Assembly (NCBI GenBank): GCA_020428995.1
Contig: JAGQLW010000017.1
Location: 1 to 33,514 of the forward strand
DNA length: 33,514 nucleotides
Direction: 5' to 3'
Source of the DNA: Candidatus Moraniibacteriota bacterium
Lineage (GTDB): Bacteria; Patescibacteriota; Minisyncoccia; Moranbacterales; GCA-2747515
The notes under the pieces are model-generated. The model ran no database searches. It had not been told where the DNA came from and saw only the letters and a program-made list of their open reading frames with translations. The position numbers and the translations under genes were made by a program. Shown in pieces: positions 1 through 6,572 of this stretch. Numbering within the stretch: the first letter of the stretch is position 1; every line of letters begins with the position of its first letter.

Positions 1-139
1 GGACAGAAGTGGTTAGTTAAAACATTTTCTGGCAAATTTGGCTTGTTGTTCCGTACTCGTCTTGGCGGGGAAGGACGAGCTTGTTTGAAGTCTGATATGT
101 CGTTTTGCAGCGTTTGGCGAAGGATACAGCTTTTTTCAT

Positions 140-168
140 TTGACACAATACCTTTTGCGTGCTAGTAT
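140..168 (+). promoter_or_regulatory. sigma70-type promoter: TTGACA (140-145), 17-nt spacer, TGc-TAGTAT extended -10 (160-168)
   Basis: The -35 hexamer matches consensus exactly and the spacing is the optimal 17 nt. A TG dinucleotide sits 1 nt upstream of a 4/6 -10 hexamer. Confidence 0.5.
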
Positions 169-199
169 GGATATACAGTTTGATTGTGTTATGTGAGAT

Positions 200-231
200 G
201 GTGGCCATATGTGTTTGGTTGGCCATTTTTT
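200..231 (+). terminator. Intrinsic terminator-like hairpin with T-tract
   Basis: TGGCCA (202-207) pairs with TGGCCA (220-225) and can extend by G.T pairs. The loop is 12 nt and TTTTTT follows at 226-231. Confidence 0.4.
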
Positions 232-268
232 ATTAGTACTTTACTTTACAGAGCTGATATTTTTGGTT

Positions 269-391
269 CAGAGTTAATATTTTTGGCACAACTCTTCGTT
301 ATGCACCGCGGTACGCATTCGCTGTATGATATATACAGCTCATTGTGTTCCTCGTGCATGCTTTGATTTGCACTCAAAAATATACACTCTG
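269..391 (+). repeat. R-element copy R1 (long imperfect hairpin element)
   Basis: 5' arm CAGAGTTAATATTTTTGG (269-286) pairs with 3' arm CAAAAATATACACTCTG (375-391). Inner helix is ATGCAC/GTGCAT and the apical hairpin is GCTGTAT/ATACAGC. The 5' arm is tandemly duplicated at 249-266. Confidence 0.75.
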
Positions 392-394
392 ATA

Positions 395-502
395 AGAATA
401 AGAATCTGTGATTTTCATTCAAAACTAAAAATTCTGTAAATTTCTGTTCGTTTTTGACTAGGCATATGTTCTGAATTTTCGAATTCAAAAATATACGCTT
501 TG
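395..502 (+). repeat. Degenerate or partial R-element (R1b)
   Basis: Its 3' end TTCAAAAATATACGCTTTG (about 484-502) nearly repeats the R1 3' arm. AAATTTCTGTTCG resembles the 5' core. No good outer helix is present. Confidence 0.35.
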
Positions 503-595
503 TGTCAGTGGTTTGTTTTTCGGAAAGCATTTTTTGGGTTTGATAGTATTACATATTATAATGACAATAAACGTAACTTGATTGAAAAAAATTTT

Positions 596-2113
596 ATGGA
601 AAAGGATTTTTTGGCAGATTTTGCCAGTGCGATTGCGCAGATTGCCGAGGAAAAGGGGATTGAGCGTGGTCGTGTGATGGAGGTTGTTGAGGCAGCGTTG
701 GCTGCGGCGTATAAAAAAGAATATGGAAAGCGTGGACAGCACATTCGTGCTGAGTTTGACGATGTTTCAGGATCGGTGAAATTCTTCTTGCAAAAAGAAG
801 TTGTTGATGAGACCGTGCGTGAGTTTCCAACGGTTGTTGGAGAGGGTTTGCAAATGGCATCATTGAGCAGTGGAGAAGTTTCTATTTCCACAGCGGGTGC
901 TGATTTGCCTTCTGTTCCCGCACAACGTCCTCGTTTTGAAGATTCTGACGATTTTGATGATGGAGATGAAGACCGTTTGCAACGTTTCCACTGCGAACGA
1001 GATATTATTGTTGAAGATGCGCAGGAATTCAAAAAAGGTGCTGTTGTTGGTGACACTATTGAAATTGAGCTTCCACCTCACAGTGATTTTGGTCGTGTTG
1101 CAGCACAGACGGCAAAACAGGTGATTATTCAGCGTGTGCGTGAGGCGGAACGTGATGCTATGTTTGCTGAATACAAAGAAAAAGAAGGAGAGGTTCTTAA
1201 TGGAACGGTGCAACGTGTTGAAGGACGCACGGTGTTTGTTGATCTTGGAAAATCTGTTGGTGCGTTGTTGCCACCAGAACAAATTCCTGGTGAAAACTAT
1301 CGTGTTGGTCAGCGTGTGAAGGTTTTGCTTGCTTCTGTTGCATCTGATTCTCGTGGTCCTGGTATTGTGCTTTCTCGCACACATCCTGATTTTGTGCGTC
1401 GTTTGTTTGAGCTTGAAGTGCCGGAGATTTTTTCTGGAACTGTGCAAGTGAAATCCATTGCGCGCGAAGCGGGTTCTCGCACAAAAATTGCTGTTTTTTC
1501 TGAGGAACAAGGGGTGGATCCAATCGGTTCTTGTGTTGGTCAGAAAGGAACACGTGTGCAGGCAGTGATTGATGAACTTGGTGGTGAAAAAATTGATATT
1601 ATTGAATGGCGTGAGAATGTTGAGAAATTTATTGGTGCTGCGTTGTCTCCCGCAAAGGTTGCTTCTGTCACTCTTAATGAAGAGGAAAAACATGCTTCTG
1701 TGTTGGTGCCAGAAGATCAATTGTCGTTGGCGATTGGTCGACGTGGACAGAATGTGCGATTGGCATCTCGTTTGGTTGGGTGGCGTATTGATGTGTCTGC
1801 TTCTACGGCGGAAGATGCTGTTGAAGAGTCTTCCGAAGAGGGTGTTGAGGCAGATGCTTCTGAGAGTGGTGAAGTGTCTGCACTTTCTGAGGAAGAGAAG
1901 GCTGATGAGAATGTCATTTCTGAAAAGGTTGTTGAGGTAGATGCTCCAGCGCTTGATGATGATGTTGTTTCCGCTCTTTCTGATTCAGATGCTGTTGTGT
2001 CCAAAGATAATTTTGCTGATGAAGAAAAAGTTGCAGATGATTCTGTTGAGAAAGAAGTTGCAGATGGAAAGAAAAAGTCTTCCCCTGCTAAGGCTGTGGA
2101 AGAATCAGAATAG
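596..2113 (+). CDS. nusA: Transcription termination/antitermination factor NusA with an acidic low-complexity C-terminal tail
   Basis: The ORF 500..2113 translation shows an NusA N-terminal domain, an S1 region (GEVLNGTVQRVEGRTVFVDLG) and KH domains (GSCVGQKGTRVQAV, LAIGRRGQNVRLAS). I trimmed the start to the ATG at 596 (MEKDFLADF). Confidence 0.9.
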   Translation: MEKDFLADFASAIAQIAEEKGIERGRVMEVVEAALAAAYKKEYGKRGQHIRAEFDDVSGSVKFFLQKEVVDETVREFPTVVGEGLQMASLSSGEVSISTAGADLPSVPAQRPRFEDSDDFDDGDEDRLQRFHCERDIIVEDAQEFKKGAVVGDTIEIELPPHSDFGRVAAQTAKQVIIQRVREAERDAMFAEYKEKEGEVLNGTVQRVEGRTVFVDLGKSVGALLPPEQIPGENYRVGQRVKVLLASVASDSRGPGIVLSRTHPDFVRRLFELEVPEIFSGTVQVKSIAREAGSRTKIAVFSEEQGVDPIGSCVGQKGTRVQAVIDELGGEKIDIIEWRENVEKFIGAALSPAKVASVTLNEEEKHASVLVPEDQLSLAIGRRGQNVRLASRLVGWRIDVSASTAEDAVEESSEEGVEADASESGEVSALSEEEKADENVISEKVVEVDAPALDDDVVSALSDSDAVVSKDNFADEEKVADDSVEKEVADGKKKSSPAKAVEESE

Positions 2114-2147
2114 GTTTTGTTTTTAATTTTTTGATTTTTATCACATT

Positions 2148-2678
2148 ATGAATTTGTGGCATGACCTTTCTTCGGGAACAAAAAAGAGTATGAATGTTGT
2201 GATTGAGATTCCGCGTGGCTCGAAGAATAAATATGAAATTGATAAGGAGACGGGATTGATTCGATTGGATCGAGCAATGCGTTCTTCACAGGATTATCCT
2301 TTTGATTACGGTTTTGTTCCACGCACATTGTGGGACGATGGGGACGCGTTGGATGTGATTGTTTTGACGACATATCCTTTGTCGCCAGGGATTTTGGTCA
2401 ATGCTCGTCCTGTTGCTGTTGTGAAAATGATTGATTCAGGTGACAGTGATGACAAAATTATTGCTGTTCCGGAGCATGATCCTCGTTGGGATCGTGTGAA
2501 AGATTTGAAAGATCTTAACCCATATACTGTCAAAGAAATAAAACACTTCTTTGAAACGTATAAGTCTATTGATGGCAAGGTTGTTGAGATTAAAGGAGTT
2601 TCTGGTGTGAAGCAGGCGCGTGAGGCGTTTGATCGGTCGGTTGCTCTCTACAAGCAACAGGTTGTCGACCGCGGGTAA
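2148..2678 (+). CDS. ppa: Family I inorganic pyrophosphatase
   Basis: 176 aa. It carries VVIEIPRGSKNKYEIDKETG..LDR and DGDALDV motifs typical of soluble PPase. Confidence 0.9.
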   Translation: MNLWHDLSSGTKKSMNVVIEIPRGSKNKYEIDKETGLIRLDRAMRSSQDYPFDYGFVPRTLWDDGDALDVIVLTTYPLSPGILVNARPVAVVKMIDSGDSDDKIIAVPEHDPRWDRVKDLKDLNPYTVKEIKHFFETYKSIDGKVVEIKGVSGVKQAREAFDRSVALYKQQVVDRG

Positions 2679-2680
2679 AA

Positions 2681-2797
2681 GCTTTTGTTTTGGGCATAGC
2701 TCTTTGTCACACGTTCCGGGACGCACTCGCTGTATTTTTATATACAGCTCGTTTGCATTCCTCGCGTGTTTCGCGATCTGTACTCCAAAATGTTCGC
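2681..2797 (+). repeat. R-element copy R2
   Basis: It starts 3 nt after the ppa stop. Outer pairing is TGTTTTGGG/CTCCAAAATG with G.T wobbles, the inner helix is ACACG/CGTGT and the apical hairpin is GCTGTAT/ATACAGC. Confidence 0.65.
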
Positions 2798-2917
2798 TTT
2801 TATATTCTTAAAAGGTGATTCCTTTGAATTTGACTATCTTTTTGACGAGTATTGTTGTTGTTTGATCAATACTATTTAATTTGTGTGATTTATTGAATTT
2901 TAATTTTTGTAGTGCTT

Positions 2918-4213
2918 ATGAGTTTTTCTGTTTCGCAATTACCAAAGTCTGAGATTGAGATCGAAGCGCGTCTTTCGTGGGATGAGTGGAAGAAATATGT
3001 CGAACAGGTTTTGGTGCAACTTACTTCTGAAACAACTGTTCCTGGTTTTCGTAAGGGCAAGGTGCCTGTTGATGTGCTTGAAAAGCATGTTGGTTCTGAG
3101 CGTGTTGTGAGCGATGCTGTGTCACGTGCTATTGATGACATATATCGCGCATATGTTTTGGAGCAGAAAATTGTTCCTGTTGGTGAGCCATCCATTTCTG
3201 TTGATTCGGTTACGCGTGATGGTGAGCTTGTTTATCGTGTGAAGACCGCTGTTGTTCCGTCGGTTGTGATGACTGATTGGAGTCAGAAAGCAAAGGAAGT
3301 TAACAAAAAGTTTTTGGCAGAAGCTGATGCTCTCGTGGTTTCTGACAAGGACATCGATGATGCGCTTGGGAAGATTGCTGAGAGTCGCGCGGCACTTGTT
3401 ACTGTTGCACGTCCTGCAAAGACGGGGGATATTACCGTGATTGATTTTTCGCTTACCAAAGACGGTGTGATTGTGGAAAATGGTACAGGAAAAAATCATC
3501 CTCTTGTGTTGGGAAGCAATGCATTCATTCCTGGTTTTGAAGATGAAATGATTGGGCTTTCGGCAAATGATGTGAAAGAATTTGATATTACGTTTCCGAA
3601 GGAATACCATGCAAAGCACTTGGCGGATCAGACAGGACATTTTTCTGTGACTGTCTCTTTGGTTCAGGAGCGTCAAATTCCGGAGATCAATGATGAGTTC
3701 GCAAAGTCTTTGGGAAAGTTCTCTGATGTTTCGGCACTTCGCAAGCAAGTTTCTGAGAGTCTTCTTTTGGAAAAGAAAAATGGGCATACAGAGAAGCATC
3801 GCACGGCACTTATTGATTCTTTGGTTTCTTTGTCTTCGGCTGAGTTGCCAGAGATTATGGTGGAAAATGAATTGCACAAGATGGAGCATGAGTTTTCTGA
3901 ACAATTGTCTGGAAGTGGTGCAACACTTGATGATTATTTGGCGCAGTCAAACAAGAAGCGTGAAGACTTGTTGAAAGAATGGCGCTCTCATGCTGAGCGA
4001 CGTGTGTTGGCAGGATTGATTTTGGAAAAGGTTGCTGATGATCGTGGTGTGAATGTTTCCGCTGATGAAGTGGAGGCGCGAATGAATCAGACATTGGCGC
4101 AGTACAAGAATGTTAAAGATGTTGAAAAACAAATCGATTTGCAGTCTTTGTATGCGTATACAAAAATGATGATGACGCGTGAAGCGGCGCTGGAACATTT
4201 GCAAAAGATTTAG
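2918..4213 (+). CDS. tig: Trigger factor (ribosome-associated chaperone / PPIase)
   Basis: The N-terminal ribosome-binding signature PGFRKGKVP is present, with a central FKBP-like region and a helical C-terminus. The start is set at ATG 2918. Confidence 0.85.
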   Translation: MSFSVSQLPKSEIEIEARLSWDEWKKYVEQVLVQLTSETTVPGFRKGKVPVDVLEKHVGSERVVSDAVSRAIDDIYRAYVLEQKIVPVGEPSISVDSVTRDGELVYRVKTAVVPSVVMTDWSQKAKEVNKKFLAEADALVVSDKDIDDALGKIAESRAALVTVARPAKTGDITVIDFSLTKDGVIVENGTGKNHPLVLGSNAFIPGFEDEMIGLSANDVKEFDITFPKEYHAKHLADQTGHFSVTVSLVQERQIPEINDEFAKSLGKFSDVSALRKQVSESLLLEKKNGHTEKHRTALIDSLVSLSSAELPEIMVENELHKMEHEFSEQLSGSGATLDDYLAQSNKKREDLLKEWRSHAERRVLAGLILEKVADDRGVNVSADEVEARMNQTLAQYKNVKDVEKQIDLQSLYAYTKMMMTREAALEHLQKI

Positions 4214-4251
4214 ACATTTTTTGTTTTTGTTGATTTTTTATCTTTTTGTTT

Positions 4252-4839
4252 ATGAAAGAGCATAATCAGTATCTCATTCCAACAGTGATTGAGAAAACGC
4301 ATTATGGTGAGCGGGCATATGACATTTATTCTCGACTGCTCAAAGATCGTATCATTTTTATTGGTACGCCGATTGAGGATGGTATGGCAAATGCAATTAT
4401 TGCGCAGCTTTTGTTTTTGGAATCGCAAAATCCGGATGAGGATATCAAGATTTATATTAACTCTCCCGGTGGTGTTGTTTCTTCTGCGTTGGCGATCTAT
4501 GACACAATGCAATATGTGAAGCCTGACGTGCAGACGATTTGTGTTGGGTTGGCGGCGTCTGGAGCAGCACTCTTGTTGGGTGCTGGCGCCAAGGGTAAGC
4601 GCATGATTTTGCCAAATGGTGAAGTAATGATTCATCAAGTGATGGGTGGTGCGCAAGGGCAAGCATCAGACATTGATATTCACGCACGACACATTCTCAA
4701 CACGCGAGAGCGATTGAACAAAATTCTAGCAAAACATACAGGGCAAAAGCTTTCCAAAATCGAGAAAGATGTTGATCGGGATTATTTTATGAGTGCTGAG
4801 GAAGCCAAGGTCTATCGCATCGTCGATCGCATCATCTAG
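4252..4839 (+). CDS. clpP: ATP-dependent Clp protease proteolytic subunit ClpP
   Basis: Motifs [25 protein letters not shown] (catalytic Ser context), MIHQ (His) and [10 protein letters not shown] (Asp) are present. The start is set at ATG 4252. Confidence 0.92.
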   Translation: MKEHNQYLIPTVIEKTHYGERAYDIYSRLLKDRIIFIGTPIEDGMANAIIAQLLFLESQNPDEDIKIYINSPGGVVSSALAIYDTMQYVKPDVQTICVGLAASGAALLLGAGAKGKRMILPNGEVMIHQVMGGAQGQASDIDIHARHILNTRERLNKILAKHTGQKLSKIEKDVDRDYFMSAEEAKVYRIVDRII

Positions 4840-4841
4840 AA

Positions 4842-4961
4842 TTTCTTTATTTTTGGCATATTTCTTCGTCAAGAATTCCGTTGCGCGCTCGCTGTATAAT
4901 CACATACAGCTTGCTGTGCTACTCATTCTTTCCTTGAACTATATCCAAAAAGTAAAAAAAT
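4842..4961 (+). repeat. R-element copy R3
   Basis: It starts 3 nt after the clpP stop. Core is TTTTGGCATATTTCTTCGTCAAGAAT, inner helix AAGAAT/ATTCTT, apical hairpin GCTGTAT/ATACAGC, and 3' end CCTTGAACTATATCCAAAAAG. Confidence 0.7.
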
Positions 4962-4997
4962 TCTACCATCGTATTATTTTTTTTATGGTGTTTCTCA

Positions 4998-5093
4998 GGT
5001 GTTTTTGTTGATGTCTTGCGCTATTCGCTCGACGTATGTTTATATACGTCTCGCTCCGATGCTCGATACTGCCTTGAATTTCATCCAAAAAGC
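4998..5093 (+). repeat. R-element copy R4 (degenerate)
   Basis: The 5' core is GTGTTTTTGTTGATGTCTTGCG, the apical hairpin is GACGTATG/TATACGTC, and the 3' core is GCCTTGAATTTCATCCAAAAAGC. The outer helix is weak. Confidence 0.5.
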
Positions 5094-5096
5094 AAA

Positions 5097-5228
5097 AGAA
5101 TTTTGGTTGATATATTTCTGTGGTGATTTTTTTCTCACTCGCTATATTTTTATATACAGCTTCCGCCAGTTCGGCTTGCATCGAGTTCTGAGTTGAAGCG
5201 GGTAAGACGGGCATTCAAAAAATAAAAG
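5097..5228 (+). repeat. R-element copy R5 (degenerate, carries an M2 sub-module insertion)
   Basis: The 5' core is TTTTGGTTGATATATTTCTGTGGTG and the apical hairpin ends in ATATACAGC. The inserted module is GCTTGCATCGAGTTCTGAGTTGAAGCGGGTAAG (about 5174-5206). The 3' end is ATTCAAAAAATAAAAG. Confidence 0.45.
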
Positions 5229-5297
5229 TCATTTATTGTTGGGGTATCTTTGGTAAAAAGATACGTTTTAAATCTGGAGTTTTTGCAAAAAAAACAT

Positions 5298-5306
5298 TGG
5301 TATAAT
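5298..5306 (+). promoter_or_regulatory. Extended -10 promoter element TGgTATAAT upstream of recO
   Basis: A perfect TATAAT (5301-5306) is preceded by TG at 5298-5299, about 50 nt upstream of the recO ATG. No well-spaced -35 is present. Confidence 0.45.
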
Positions 5307-5356
5307 TTTGTGCTGGTGTTTTTTTGTCTCGTTTTGCGATATGATAGTGGTTACCT

Positions 5357-6100
5357 ATGGAATATTCTTATCGTGCGATTGTTTTAGGCAAAAGAGACAT
5401 TGCAGACGTTGATCGTTTGTATACTTTTTATTCTTTGGAAGGTGGACTGCTTTGTGTTTCGGCTCGTGGTGTGCGCAAGGTGACGGCAAAACTTGCGGCC
5501 CATCTGGAGACATTTGTGGAAGCACATGTTTTGGTTGCGCGTCGGCGTGGATCAGGAACAATCATTTCTGCTGTGACGGAGAATGCTTATCCTGTCTTTC
5601 GCAGAGATGTTCTTGCTCTTGGAGAGTTGTTTTGGGTTGCTGATCAATTTTTGCGCATGGTGTCTTTTGATGATGTTGATGAACGGCTTTTTTTCTTATA
5701 TCGTTCTTTTTTGTCTACTGTGGAGGATATTTCTGCTCGTTCTGGTCTTTCTGAATCTCGGCGTGGAGATTTGTATCGACTTATATCGTTATCTTTTTTG
5801 TTTCACACATTGTCTCTTTTGGGGTACGATCTTTCTTTTTTGCGATGTGCCGTTTCAGGGAAAAGTCTTTCTTCATGTCAGTCGAGCTGTGTCTTTTCAC
5901 CTGCGCTTGGTGTTGTTGCTTGTGGGGAATATTCAGGTTCTTTTAGTGATGCTATTGTCGTCTCTGATAATACGATTAAGTTATTGCGTTTGTTTGCGAA
6001 TAACTCTTTTTCTTCTTTGATGAGACTTCATGTTGATCAACATGATCTGGCACAAGCACGTCGTGTCTATGATACTTTCTTTTTGTGGCATTTTTCTTGA
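5357..6100 (+). CDS. recO: DNA repair protein RecO
   Basis: The N-terminal OB-fold pattern is YRAIVLGKRDIADVDRLYTFYSLEGGLLCVSARGVRK. The C-terminus has a Cys-rich zinc-finger-like segment, CAVSGKSL..C..C...VVAC. Confidence 0.8.
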   Translation: MEYSYRAIVLGKRDIADVDRLYTFYSLEGGLLCVSARGVRKVTAKLAAHLETFVEAHVLVARRRGSGTIISAVTENAYPVFRRDVLALGELFWVADQFLRMVSFDDVDERLFFLYRSFLSTVEDISARSGLSESRRGDLYRLISLSFLFHTLSLLGYDLSFLRCAVSGKSLSSCQSSCVFSPALGVVACGEYSGSFSDAIVVSDNTIKLLRLFANNSFSSLMRLHVDQHDLAQARRVYDTFFLWHFS

Positions 6101-6105
6101 TTGTG

Positions 6106-6226
6106 AGGGCTTATGTGTTTGGCAAACTTCTTTGTCAAACGCTCTAGTGCTTGACGATGTATTTTTGAATACATTTTACTGTGCTCTTCGCGTTTTCCTT
6201 GAATTTTATTCAAACACATGAGCCCT
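6106..6226 (+). repeat. R-element copy R6
   Basis: It starts 6 nt after the recO stop. Outer helix AGGGCTTATGTGTTTG (6106-6121) pairs with CAAACACATGAGCCCT (6211-6226) with a single T.G. Inner helix is AAACGC/GCGTTT and the apical hairpin is ATGTATT/AATACAT. Confidence 0.85.
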
Positions 6227-6486
6227 AGATTCTTGGTATTTTCTAGGTGAAATTTGTATATCTGGATTTTACTAAAATATCCAGGTCTTAGAGATTTGGT
6301 ATTTATTTTTTAGTCTGACAACTATTATTTTTTTGTGTATTTCTTATTTTTTCTATTTCTCCATAGTCCTGCCTTGGATTTTCCTCAAAAACCAAATTCT
6401 TGGTATTTTACTTGATTTTTTTAAAATTTTGTTTTTTACCACACACATTTTTGTTATTTTGTTGTTATTTCGTATCTTTCTATTCG

Positions 6487-6495
6487 TGGTATAAT
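6487..6495 (+). promoter_or_regulatory. Extended -10 promoter element TGgTATAAT upstream of the repeat-domain protein gene
   Basis: TG at 6487-6488 is followed by TATAAT at 6490-6495, about 78 nt upstream of ATG 6573. Confidence 0.45.
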
Positions 6496-6572
6496 ACATT
6501 TGTTAATTTTTGACTTCATTGTTCCGTCCCAGATGTTTTTTTATTGGTTTTTTGGGTGGAATTTTTTTGCTT

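Noticed and set aside
1-165. Frame 1 is open from the window edge to TAG at 163-165, so it could be the 3' end of an upstream gene.
   Set aside because: The 54-aa translation (..GQKWLVKTFSGKFGLLFRTRLGGEGRACLKSD..) shows no recognisable C-terminal domain. The region also holds a near-consensus promoter. It cannot be decided without upstream sequence.
500-595. N-terminal extensions in the ORF track, for example 500 for nusA, 2912 tig, 4246 clpP, 6510, 8938 tgt, 10300, 11069 glyQS, 18866 tatD, 23410 and 30793 atpB.
   Set aside because: The extensions start at GTG/TTG or run through intergenic or repeat sequence, giving Phe/Leu/Cys-rich junk. An internal ATG coincides with the conserved N-terminus of each family, so the starts were trimmed.
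860-1720. Long minus-strand ORFs antisense to + strand genes. Examples are 860..1720, 3122..3904, 17190..18254, 26061..26708, 32371..33048, 22986..23567 and 30862..31224.
   Set aside because: Each fully overlaps a + strand gene with clear family motifs. Their translations are low-complexity and rich in Asn, Arg, Lys, Thr, His and Gln, with no recognisable motifs. This is what the A/C-rich antisense of G+T-rich genes produces, since stop codons are depleted on that strand. I treat them as shadow ORFs.
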